A stretch of DNA of 22,402 nucleotides from positions 1 through 22,402 of the forward strand of contig JBIKWF010000068.1 in the NCBI GenBank assembly GCA_044356455.1, given 5' to 3'. Shown piece after piece: positions 9,638 through 17,986 of the stretch; the first letter of the stretch is position 1; each line of letters opens with the position of its first letter. This stretch comes from Bdellovibrionota bacterium. Lineage in GTDB: Bacteria > Bdellovibrionota_C > UBA2361 > JBGSMV01. The notes below the pieces were generated by a model. That model was given only the letters and a program-made list of their open reading frames with translations, made no database searches and was not told the origin of the DNA. The translations under genes and the position numbers were made by a program.

Positions 9638-12226
9638 TTAGGCATGAGAATCTGATGCAGTATCCCTTGCGTTCAATTGCGTTCCACGATTGCCTGATGG
9701 CGCACGGTATACCTCGCGTGCAAGCTCAATCAGCGTGCGCACATCTAAAATGAGAGAGATGTCGCCATCTGGCATGATCGCACAGCCTGCGGTGCCCTTT
9801 TGATCGGCGAACATGGGCCCGAGATTTTTAATCACAGTCGAGTACTCTCCGAGAATGGCGTCTACGGCAAGTGCCACGAACTCAGTGCCGTTCTCCACTA
9901 CGACGAGCGCTCCCTCTGAAAGGTCTTTGAGAGGTGATTCAATTCCATAGAGATGGCTTAGTCTGAACACGGGGAGATACTTCTCGCGAAAGGCGAATGT
10001 CTCTCCGCGGTCTAGGGTTGTATTGATAGTGTCTCTTGTTGGTCTCACAAACTCTACAATGGAGAGGCTTGGAATGATGAAGTTCTCCTTGCCTACTCGA
10101 ACTTGAATACCGTCGATAATCGCAAGAGTGAGAGGGAGCTCAATCGTAAAAGTGGAGCCGCGCCCTACCTCAGAGCGAATACGAATTCTTCCTCGCAAGG
10201 ATTCGACGTTTCGCCTTACTACATCCATTCCTACGCCGCGCCCCGAGATGTCGGTGACTACTGCCGCGGTAGAGAAGCCTGCGGCAAAGATTAGTTGGTA
10301 TGCTTCTTCGTTAGTCAATCGCTGGCTACGAGTAATAACTCCTTTCTCAATTGCCTTTGCAATCAACTTTTCAGGGTCGAGTCCCTTGCCGTCGTCGCTA
10401 ATTTCAATGTGTATGCTGCCGCCAGCATGATACGCCGCCAATTTTACTCTGCCCGCACGTGGCTTTCCTGCCGCCTCCCTTACTTCTGGGCTTTCAATGC
10501 CATGGTCAATTGCATTACGAACCATGTGCATGAGTGGATCGGCAAGCTTATCAATGAGATTCCGGTCTAGTTCGGTATCTTCTCCGTCTACCTGAAAATC
10601 AAGCTCCTTTCCGAGTTTCTTACTCGCATCCCACACGAGACGCGACATTTTCTGGAAGAGTCCCTTTATGGGGACTAAGCGCATGGACATCCCGATGTCT
10701 TGAAGGTCTCTGCCAAACTTCTCCACCCGGTGCGTCGTATTCATCACCACCTGGTCGCCTTCGAGATGTTCGCGGCACTGCCGAACCAGCATAGAGGAAT
10801 AAATCACCATCTCACCGATGGAATCGATCAACTGGTCAAGGCGAGCGGTATCAACTTTAACAAAGTTTTTAACCTGGAGTTTGTCGCCCTTATCAGCGCT
10901 TGCTTCAGAGGCAGCCGCAGAGGCCGCACGTTCAGGTGCGGGAGAATGTTCTTGCGTTGGCGTGGCGCGTGAAGGGGCAACTGCCTCTAAAGAAGGAGCG
11001 ACAGAGACTGGCGCTAGTTTCACTTCACCATGTGCGTAGCTGTGAAGGTCTCCGAGGAACTCCTGAGCTTGGGCGCTCGTGGTCATCGCAACATTCGCCG
11101 AGGCGCATTCTTTGGCGCGCTTCATTACCTCTTTTTGAACATCGATATAGGTAAGAAGGAGTGCCTTAAGTTTTTCATCGAGGGTGCGTTTCCCGTCGCG
11201 CACCTCATGCAGCATGTTTTCTAGTAGGTGTGAGCACTTGCTCATCTCAATAAGGCTAAAATAAGCAGAGCCGCCTTTTATGGAGTGCACCGCGCGAAAG
11301 ATTGCATCTACGGAATCTTTCGAGTATTCGCCAGAAGAATCAAGAATGATGCTTTCGACTGCACCTAGGTGTTCTTCTGCCTCAGCGGCGAATTCAATTA
11401 AGATGTCGATCTCGCCAGTGACTTTGTACGTCTCCGGAAGCCGCTCTCCCAAATGTAAAGAAGAAGGAGCCGCGGCAACCGCGGGGGCGGGCGTAGGGGA
11501 GGGCGAGGGGGTAGATTGCTTAGGTGCAGGAGCCTTTGCCTCCACCGAGGAAGTCGGGGGCAAGCTGAGGCCCGTGAGAAAAGCTTCTGAAGAGCATACG
11601 ACTGCTTTGCCGTCTTTGAGAGACTGCATGCAGTTCACGACCCATTCTTTGAAAGAGATGAGTTGCGAAATGAGTGGTCCGGCGCCGTGTTCCACCACTA
11701 AATCTTCAACCGCGTGGCAGGCGCGCTCTATACCAAGGAGACCGACTGAGCCTGCGTCTCCCTTTAGATTATGAAGGTATCGTTTTACTGACTTGGTGAG
11801 CTCTGCGGCGTCTTCCTCACCTGAAGTTGAGGCAACGAGAGAGCCCTCGAATTCCTCAATCAGAAGTGAATGGGATTCTATGAATTCAGTTATGAATGAA
11901 GGATCAAGAGACTCTGCAAAATCGGCGCTTGAGCGTTCGGAGCCGTCTTCGAGAGGTGCGGTGCAAGATGCCAGTGCGCTCTCATCTCCGGCAGTGAATG
12001 CATTGAGCTTGGAAGCAAGGTCATTTGCTGCGCCTAGAGGATCAGAGCCTTTCATCTGTTCGAGAGTCGAAGCGCATGCTGCTGCCACAAGAGGAGCATC
12101 GGTGGCTAAGGAATAAATGGCCGAGACAGTTTCCTGGACCATCGTTACGCTCGAGGCGTCGTCTACTGATGCCATAACGAGGAGAAGTGCGAGCTCCTCA
12201 ATTTTTGTTTTCAGTGCTTCATTCAT
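9638..12226 (-). CDS. cheA: Chemotaxis histidine kinase CheA with two Hpt domains
   Basis: Hpt motifs HNLKG and HSIKG, dimerisation domain (VKVDTARLDQL), HATPase (HMVRNAIDHGIE, DDGKG, SGRGVGMDVV) and a CheW-like C-terminus. Start 12226 is preferred because it has a GAGGG RBS and lies downstream of the sigma-28-like promoter. Confidence 0.95.
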   Translation of the reverse strand: MNEALKTKIEELALLLVMASVDDASSVTMVQETVSAIYSLATDAPLVAAACASTLEQMKGSDPLGAANDLASKLNAFTAGDESALASCTAPLEDGSERSSADFAESLDPSFITEFIESHSLLIEEFEGSLVASTSGEEDAAELTKSVKRYLHNLKGDAGSVGLLGIERACHAVEDLVVEHGAGPLISQLISFKEWVVNCMQSLKDGKAVVCSSEAFLTGLSLPPTSSVEAKAPAPKQSTPSPSPTPAPAVAAAPSSLHLGERLPETYKVTGEIDILIEFAAEAEEHLGAVESIILDSSGEYSKDSVDAIFRAVHSIKGGSAYFSLIEMSKCSHLLENMLHEVRDGKRTLDEKLKALLLTYIDVQKEVMKRAKECASANVAMTTSAQAQEFLGDLHSYAHGEVKLAPVSVAPSLEAVAPSRATPTQEHSPAPERAASAAASEASADKGDKLQVKNFVKVDTARLDQLIDSIGEMVIYSSMLVRQCREHLEGDQVVMNTTHRVEKFGRDLQDIGMSMRLVPIKGLFQKMSRLVWDASKKLGKELDFQVDGEDTELDRNLIDKLADPLMHMVRNAIDHGIESPEVREAAGKPRAGRVKLAAYHAGGSIHIEISDDGKGLDPEKLIAKAIEKGVITRSQRLTNEEAYQLIFAAGFSTAAVVTDISGRGVGMDVVRRNVESLRGRIRIRSEVGRGSTFTIELPLTLAIIDGIQVRVGKENFIIPSLSIVEFVRPTRDTINTTLDRGETFAFREKYLPVFRLSHLYGIESPLKDLSEGALVVVENGTEFVALAVDAILGEYSTVIKNLGPMFADQKGTAGCAIMPDGDISLILDVRTLIELAREVYRAPSGNRGTQLNARDTASDSHA

Positions 12227-12258
12227 GGCGTGCCCTCGGAGAAATGATCTCTCTTGGG

Positions 12259-12286
12259 ACATCGAAAGTTTGAGAGAACTTCTTAA
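12259..12286 (-). promoter_or_regulatory. Sigma-28 (FliA)-like promoter for the cheA operon
   Basis: Minus strand reads TTAAG-N15-TTCGATGT, against consensus TAAA-N15-GCCGATAA. Confidence 0.5.
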
Positions 12287-12333
12287 GGGGATTAGGTTGT
12301 TTATATCGAATAAACCTTGGCGTTTCGGTGCTT

Positions 12334-12423
12334 CTTCTGTCTTCTGTCTTCTGTCAGTCCTCTGTGGTTTTTCAACGATTTAAAGCAACCATAGAGGTAC
12401 AGAGTTCACAGGGCAGGCTTTTT
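12334..12423. mobile_element. MITE-like element family A, copy 3 (degenerate, TIRs mostly lost) with heptamer repeat
   Basis: 12357-12423 aligns with the reverse complement of copy 1 (GTCCTCTGTGGTTTTTCAACGATTTAAA.CAACCA.AGAGG..CAGAGTTCACAG.G.AGGCTTTTT). It is preceded by (CTTCTGT)x3 at 12334-12354. Confidence 0.75.
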
Positions 12424-12445
12424 AGGGGGGAGTAGATTTATCCCG

Positions 12446-12473
12446 TCAAGTGATTTGCTGATTTCGCCGTTAG
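12446..12473 (+). promoter_or_regulatory. Sigma-28 (FliA)-like promoter for mcp-cheW
   Basis: TCAAG-N15-GCCGTTAG, ending 45 bp upstream of the mcp ATG. Confidence 0.55.
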
Positions 12474-12518
12474 CTCTTCTAAGCAGGCGGGACGTTCGCG
12501 CCTCATGGGGAGACGAAA

Positions 12519-14609
12519 ATGGTAGGAAATCAAGGCCTTAAGGCTCAGCTCATCATTTCTTTTCTGGCAATTGGCCTTTTACCGGCCATTGCGCTGTACC
12601 TCAATACCCAGCACATGAGCGGTGAGGCTCTGAATCAGATTAATAACCAGTCGAAAACCGTTGCGGTTGAAATTGCCGATAAGATCGATCGCAACGTATT
12701 CGAGCGGTACGGCGATGTGCAGGCCTTTGGATATAACACGGTCGCACTTGAGCCATCGCATTGGTACAAAGCTGGGGCAAGTGAAAACCCCATTGTAGTG
12801 GCCATGAACAACTACATCTTGGCCTACGGGATTTATTACCTATCTGTTCTCGTCGATCTCGACGGCAAAGTCATTGCAGCGAGTGATGTAGACAAAGCCG
12901 GAAAACCTTTAGAATCAGCTTGGCTCTACGAAAAGAATTTTTCCGGATCTGAATGGTTTAAAGACTCTCTCGAAGGGAAATTCTTTACTGCCAATGGTTA
13001 TTTGAGCGGAACGGTCGTCGAAGATGTGTATGTAGACCCCGATATCAAGAAGATATACGGGGACGAAGGGCTCACGCTTGGGTTCTCTGCGCCTGTGAAA
13101 GATCCTTCAGGAAAGACGATTGGCGTGTGGAAGAATTTTGCGCGCTTCGATCTCGTAGAGTCAATTCTTCTTGATTCCTGGGCGAATCTTGAGCGCCAGG
13201 GCTGGAAGAACTTTCAAATATCGCTTGTCGATAAGTCAGGCCAGCTTCTCGTTGATTATGATCCATCTGGCGCTGGTAGCCGAGATGTCAAACGCAATAT
13301 GGACCAGATTCTCAAAGCGAACTGGGCCGAAGAAGATTATTTCCCCGCGAAGAGCGCTGTTTTAGGAGAGCAGGGTGTTTGGTCAGGACCTCGCCGAGCG
13401 GGTGGAGAGGACCAAATTGTAGGTTTCGCCAAGATGCGCGGGGCCATGGGATACGTGGGAATGCCATGGTCAGTGCTCGTGCGGGTGCCTGAAGCGGTTT
13501 TGCATGCGCCAGTTGATGATGCGCAAGTCATCTCGATGTGGGTTTTTGGCGTCGCGCTCTTAGCGATTGCCGGGGTAATCTGGGGCACGTTGCTTAGTGT
13601 CGTGAAACCGATACAAGGAATCATTCGGGACTTATCTCAAGGATCTCGCGAACTGAGATCCGCTGCGACTCAGGTGGCCTCGAGTTCTCAGTCCCTTGCG
13701 CAGGGAGCAACCGAGCAAGCGGCTTCACTTGAAGAGACCGCTGCGACCATAGAAGAAATTTCTTCTACTGGGAAGCAAACCGCATCGAACTCAAGCGAAG
13801 CGTTTAGAATCTCTGACTCCGTGCTTAGCTCCTCGCACGAGAGTACCAAAGCAATGGAGGAGATGGCTCGTGCCATTGAGAAGATTAAAGCTTCATCTGA
13901 CGAGACAGCACAAATCATTAAAACGATCGATGAGATTGCGTTTCAAACCAATCTTCTCGCGCTCAACGCGGCAGTTGAAGCGGCCCGTGCCGGTGATGCT
14001 GGCAAGGGGTTTGCCGTCGTAGCTGAAGAGGTGCGAAATCTCGCCCAGAGGAGTGCAGGTGCGGCGAAGGATACTGCGGAGAAGATTAAGCAAAGCAAGA
14101 CTCTTGCGGATCAGGGCGTTCTGGTAAGCTCGCAAGTTGGTTCCGCTCTTACCAAAATTAGAGAGCATGCGGTGCATTCAGCTGACCTCGCAAAGGAGAT
14201 TGCTGCTTCCAGCAAGGAGCAATCGGTTGCCATAGATCAAGTAAACTCGGCAGTTGGCGAGCTCGATAAAGTCACCCAGCAGAACTCCGCAGCCGCGGAA
14301 GAATCCTCGGCGGCGAGTGAGGAGCTTACCGCCCAAGCTGCTACGCTAGATGAAGTGGTAGTGGAGCTTAGCCGGCTTGTATACGGCCGAGGTGGAAGAG
14401 CCGCGGAGCCGCCTCCCGCGGCAAAAGCAAGATCTCGTTCCACTGCGCCAGCGAAGAAGCAGACAGAGATTATTGAACTAAATGTTGAAGCGCCAGGGCA
14501 CGCAACCCCGACGCGTAGGCCGGCATCAAGTGGACATAGGCCATCCCCTAAGCCCTCGGCGCCCTCGGACGTGATTCCACTGGATGATAATGATTTCCAA
14601 GGTTTCTGA
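12519..14609 (+). CDS. Methyl-accepting chemotaxis protein with a large periplasmic dCache-like domain and C-terminal pentapeptide
   Basis: Two TM helices flank a roughly 310-aa periplasmic region. Signalling hairpin [32 protein letters not shown] methylation helix, Pro-rich tail ending DFQGF. Confidence 0.95.
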   Translation: MVGNQGLKAQLIISFLAIGLLPAIALYLNTQHMSGEALNQINNQSKTVAVEIADKIDRNVFERYGDVQAFGYNTVALEPSHWYKAGASENPIVVAMNNYILAYGIYYLSVLVDLDGKVIAASDVDKAGKPLESAWLYEKNFSGSEWFKDSLEGKFFTANGYLSGTVVEDVYVDPDIKKIYGDEGLTLGFSAPVKDPSGKTIGVWKNFARFDLVESILLDSWANLERQGWKNFQISLVDKSGQLLVDYDPSGAGSRDVKRNMDQILKANWAEEDYFPAKSAVLGEQGVWSGPRRAGGEDQIVGFAKMRGAMGYVGMPWSVLVRVPEAVLHAPVDDAQVISMWVFGVALLAIAGVIWGTLLSVVKPIQGIIRDLSQGSRELRSAATQVASSSQSLAQGATEQAASLEETAATIEEISSTGKQTASNSSEAFRISDSVLSSSHESTKAMEEMARAIEKIKASSDETAQIIKTIDEIAFQTNLLALNAAVEAARAGDAGKGFAVVAEEVRNLAQRSAGAAKDTAEKIKQSKTLADQGVLVSSQVGSALTKIREHAVHSADLAKEIAASSKEQSVAIDQVNSAVGELDKVTQQNSAAAEESSAASEELTAQAATLDEVVVELSRLVYGRGGRAAEPPPAAKARSRSTAPAKKQTEIIELNVEAPGHATPTRRPASSGHRPSPKPSAPSDVIPLDDNDFQGF

Positions 14610-14622
14610 TTAACGAGGTGGT

Positions 14623-15129
14623 ATGTCATTTGATACAGCACAGTCGGCGATCACGAAGTCCGTATACGGAAAGTTTTTGACCTTTATAGTCTCCAAGGAG
14701 CGCTATGGGATCGACATCCTCATAGTTCAAGAGATCATTGGTGTCACTCACATTACGACCGTTCCGCGCTGCCCCGACTATATGAAGGGCGTAATCAACC
14801 TGCGGGGGAAAATTATTCCCGTCATCGATATCAGGCTCAAATTCGGAATCGAGCCGATCCCTTACGACGAGAGAACCTGCATCATCGTGGTGCACCTCTC
14901 TAAAGATGGTCAAACGGTTCCTGTCGGTGTGATTGTAGATACCGTGCTAGAAGTCATCGACTTCGCGGAGTCAGATGTCGAGCCAGCTCCGAATTATGGA
15001 CAGCAGCTTGAAACAAGTTTTGTATTGGGAATAGGTAAGCGAGAGTCGGCGATCAATATCCTCATCGATATTGAACGCATTATCTCAGTCGCAGATAAGA
15101 CCAAATTAGCTGAAGTATCTCACTCGTAG
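14623..15129 (+). CDS. cheW: Chemotaxis coupling protein CheW
   Basis: Motifs KFLTF, VQEII, GVINLRGKIIPVID and GVIVDTVLEV. GAGGTGG RBS. Confidence 0.95.
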   Translation: MSFDTAQSAITKSVYGKFLTFIVSKERYGIDILIVQEIIGVTHITTVPRCPDYMKGVINLRGKIIPVIDIRLKFGIEPIPYDERTCIIVVHLSKDGQTVPVGVIVDTVLEVIDFAESDVEPAPNYGQQLETSFVLGIGKRESAINILIDIERIISVADKTKLAEVSHS

Positions 15130-15180
15130 CCCGTTCGGACCGAGTAAACGTTGTACCCATTGTGCCTCATTGGAGACTCT

Positions 15181-16353
15181 ATGAGTAAAGTTCGCTCGTG
15201 CGCGTTAGTGTTAAGCCTTGTTCTTGCGATAGCACCCCATGCCTCTGCTGAGGCGCCTGATTCTGCGGGAGCCGAGCCTGTGCCTGCTCCTGTATCGCCT
15301 GTGGAGAGCCTGTTAAAGGATCTTAAGGTATCAGGGTATTTGGATGCTACGTATAATTACAACGTGAACCAGCCATCTGATAACCGCAATCAAGTGCGGG
15401 TATTCGATAAAGAAAGCGACACGTTCAAGCTTCAGGCCGTAAAACTTACGGTGCAGAAGGAAGTGTCTGCCGAGAGCCGAGTGGGATTCCGCGCTGATGT
15501 TATTGCCGGCGACGATGCCGAAGTAATTCATGCAGCCGGCCTCGGAGAAAGCTCGGATAGTTTTGACCTTGAGCAAGCCTATGCAGAAGTTTCGCTCGGC
15601 CTTGGTGGGATAGGTATGAACGACCTTAATCTAAAGGTCGGAAAGTATGTTACGTTCGCGGGAGCCGAGGTAATTGAATCCAAGGACAATTGGAATATTT
15701 CTCGTGGTATCCTCTTTGGTTATGCGATTCCTTTTACCCATACCGGCTTAAGGACAACCTACACCCTTGACAATGGGTGGGACATTGCTCTTGGCGTGAA
15801 TAACGGCTGGGACGTAGCGGATGATAATAATAGCGCCAAGACCTTTGAGGGCCATGTGGGCTTTAACGGTATTGAGCTTCCCGGAGATTCTTCTCTCACG
15901 ATATCTGCCAATACCTATATTGGTTCGGAGTCGGCAGACAATGACGGAGCGACACGTAGCTTGGCCGATACGGTGGTGACTTATAAGACGCCTTGGAAGT
16001 GGCTCACCTTTGTCTATAACTTTGATTATGCGAATGAGGATGAGGCTCTTGAAGATGGTTCATCAGCTTCTTGGTATGGTCATGCAGGCTACGCTCGTTT
16101 TGATATCAACGATGAGTGGTCGTTTAGCCTACGCGGCGAGTATATGAACGATGATGATGGAGTCAGGGTAAATTCTGGAACTCCTGCTGATTACAAGGAA
16201 CTTACCGGTACTGTTGAGTATCGTCCTTGGAAGAATCTTATCACTCGCTTTGAGTACCGAGCTGACCGGGCATCGGAAGAAGTTTTCAACGACGAGGATG
16301 GAACTACTGATACCCAGAGCACTTTTGCTGGGCAGATGATAGTAACCTTCTAG
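15181..16353 (+). CDS. Outer-membrane beta-barrel porin (putative BBP2/OmpL-like type)
   Basis: Signal peptide (..LVLAIAPHASA). Motifs SGYLDATYNYN, GKYVTFAGAEVIES..NWN.SR, PFTHTG and NNGWD. Amphipathic strands and terminal Phe. GGAG RBS before ATG 15181. Confidence 0.85.
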   Translation: MSKVRSCALVLSLVLAIAPHASAEAPDSAGAEPVPAPVSPVESLLKDLKVSGYLDATYNYNVNQPSDNRNQVRVFDKESDTFKLQAVKLTVQKEVSAESRVGFRADVIAGDDAEVIHAAGLGESSDSFDLEQAYAEVSLGLGGIGMNDLNLKVGKYVTFAGAEVIESKDNWNISRGILFGYAIPFTHTGLRTTYTLDNGWDIALGVNNGWDVADDNNSAKTFEGHVGFNGIELPGDSSLTISANTYIGSESADNDGATRSLADTVVTYKTPWKWLTFVYNFDYANEDEALEDGSSASWYGHAGYARFDINDEWSFSLRGEYMNDDDGVRVNSGTPADYKELTGTVEYRPWKNLITRFEYRADRASEEVFNDEDGTTDTQSTFAGQMIVTF

Positions 16354-16360
16354 AACCTCG

Positions 16361-16492
16361 GGAGCCTCTGAAAAACCCAGAATTTGTCTTTCCTCTGCGC
16401 TGTTTTCCCTCCGCGTACTCAGCGTACTCCGCGTTATGTGAAAAGTATTATATAACGCGGAGTACGCTGAGGTGGAGTTTTTCAGAAGCTCC
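16361..16492. mobile_element. MITE-like element family A, copy 4 (132 bp, different internal cassette)
   Basis: TIRs GGAGCCTCTGAAAAA (16361-16375) and TTTTTCAGAAGCTCC (16478-16492) match 14/15. Flanks are CTCG/CTAG. Perfect 20-bp stem 16418-16437/16452-16471. Confidence 0.8.
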
Positions 16493-16507
16493 CTAGATAC
16501 GGTTAGG

Positions 16508-16560
16508 AAACTCTCCCCCTTAGTGGTCTCAAGAATAGGCCGCTAAGGGGGAGTTTTTTT
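16508..16560 (+). terminator. Intrinsic terminator candidate for mcp-cheW-porin
   Basis: CTCCCCCTTAGTGGTCT pairs with AGGCCGCTAAGGGGGAG (with G-U pairs) and is followed by T7. Confidence 0.6.
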
Positions 16561-16625
16561 GTCGCTATATCGAGTCTGCCCATGAACGGACTCGGCACCA
16601 TGCGCGGAGATGATTGTGCGGTCAG

Positions 16626-16748
16626 GGAGCCTCTTAAAAACCTAGATACTTTATTTTCTTCCCTCGGTGATCTCTGTGTTCTCTGTGGTTTTTTCCAACA
16701 ATTTAAATTAAACACCGAGAGCACCGAGTAGACTTTTTCAGAGATTTC
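16626..16748. mobile_element. MITE-like element family A, copy 5 (123 bp)
   Basis: TIRs GGAGCCTCTTAAAAA and TTTTTCAGAGATTTC. Flanks TCAG/TTAG. Colinear along its length with the reverse complement of copy 1 but one 9-mer shorter. ATTTAAAT at 16701-16708. Confidence 0.8.
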
Positions 16749-17921
16749 TTAGGATTTCAAAGCAAGTTCCACGAGCGTTTCGAAATGCTCAGTCATCGGG
16801 AACATGTCAAAGGGTTGCACGCGCGAGAGGGAGAATGACGAACTCAGAACTCGCAGATCCCTAACGAGCGATTCAGCGTTGCAGCTTGAATAAATCACCG
16901 TCTTGGGCTCCATGGCCTTAAGCGCTGCAATCGTAGCAGGAGAGAGCCCTCTTCGGGGTGGGTTTACCACTACCGCATCGTAGGTGCCTCGAAGACTTGC
17001 TCCCTTTCGAAGAAAAGCATCCACATCCAACGCTTCAAAGGAGAGGTGCGTAAAGGAATTCAGCTTTGCTGCTTCTTGGGCATCCCCAATTGCTGAGCTG
17101 CTGAGCTCAACGCCATGACCACTTTCGAGGTGAGCTGCGGCAAAAAGCGAGAATGCACCTACTCCGCAAAAAAGGTCGAGAAGGCGGCGACTCCCTGACT
17201 CTCTTATCCAAGCTGCTGCAGTGCAATAAAGCTTTTCGGCCACATTTGAAGTAACTTGGGAGAAGCTCTGCGGGGAGTAGAGTAGATGCACGCCTCCTAG
17301 GGTTTCAGTAAGACGGAGTGCTTCGCTGAGAATTTCTTCGCGCTCTCCTTCAACGATAGCCTTGGGGTGCGGTTGAAAATTGAGTGAGGTTACCTTCAAG
17401 TTTGGCACGTGCGATTGTAGCGAAGCGCAGAATGCGCGGGCGCGGTCTGCGTGCAGGGTACTTCTTAGCACCAGTCGCAGCATAACCTCTCCAGTGGATT
17501 CGCTGCCGCGTAGAAGCACATATTTGATCTCACCAGAGCGGCGCTGCACATCGTAGGGGGGAATATGGTGGGCAGAGATTCCCTTAAGGCACATCGCCGC
17601 AAGCTCATTAAGGATTGGTAAGTGCAGAGGGCACTCAAGAACTGGAATAACCACTCCTTCGCGGTTTGGAAAACCAAGCAGGGGAGATGCGGAAGTACCC
17701 CCCACTGCCAGCTTTGCTTTATTGCGCGAGCCGTAGTCTTTGGCTGAGGTAGCCATAGGGAGTAGGGGAATGGTTCCAACCCCCGCAAGTAGCGCCGCAA
17801 GCCTAGACTGTTTCTGGGCAATTTGATCGGCGTAGGCAAGCGGGAGGAGCGTACAGGACTTGCACGTGCTTTGCGCATGATAGGCGCACCCCGTAGGCCG
17901 TATTTTCGATTGCTCAGTCAT
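16749..17921 (-). CDS. rlmC: 23S rRNA (uracil-C5)-methyltransferase, RlmC-like
   Basis: N-terminal C-x7-C-x2-C Fe-S motif, no TRAM domain. Motifs SRNKAK, PQSFSQ, DLFCGVG, VNPPRRG, YSSCN and FDMFPMTEHFE. Confidence 0.85.
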   Translation of the reverse strand: MTEQSKIRPTGCAYHAQSTCKSCTLLPLAYADQIAQKQSRLAALLAGVGTIPLLPMATSAKDYGSRNKAKLAVGGTSASPLLGFPNREGVVIPVLECPLHLPILNELAAMCLKGISAHHIPPYDVQRRSGEIKYVLLRGSESTGEVMLRLVLRSTLHADRARAFCASLQSHVPNLKVTSLNFQPHPKAIVEGEREEILSEALRLTETLGGVHLLYSPQSFSQVTSNVAEKLYCTAAAWIRESGSRRLLDLFCGVGAFSLFAAAHLESGHGVELSSSAIGDAQEAAKLNSFTHLSFEALDVDAFLRKGASLRGTYDAVVVNPPRRGLSPATIAALKAMEPKTVIYSSCNAESLVRDLRVLSSSFSLSRVQPFDMFPMTEHFETLVELALKS

Positions 17922-17986
17922 GTACTCTTCTTTTGCCTTTTTTATCCTTCACGCTAGTATCCCCATCGTATCTCAAGGAGAGTCCG

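Noticed and set aside
12227..12262. Longer cheA start at 12262 (likewise 983, 6444, 15151 and 17933 for other genes)
   Set aside because: Downstream ATGs have better RBSs and fit family N-termini. 12262 lies inside the putative -10 box.
16503..16724. Short ORFs reading through repeats (also 12117-12383, 19901-20113, 20170-20439)
   Set aside because: They are translations of the 9-mer or GC-rich repeats (QRTQRS, HRGHGG, HKGRKG), which tend to lack stop codons.
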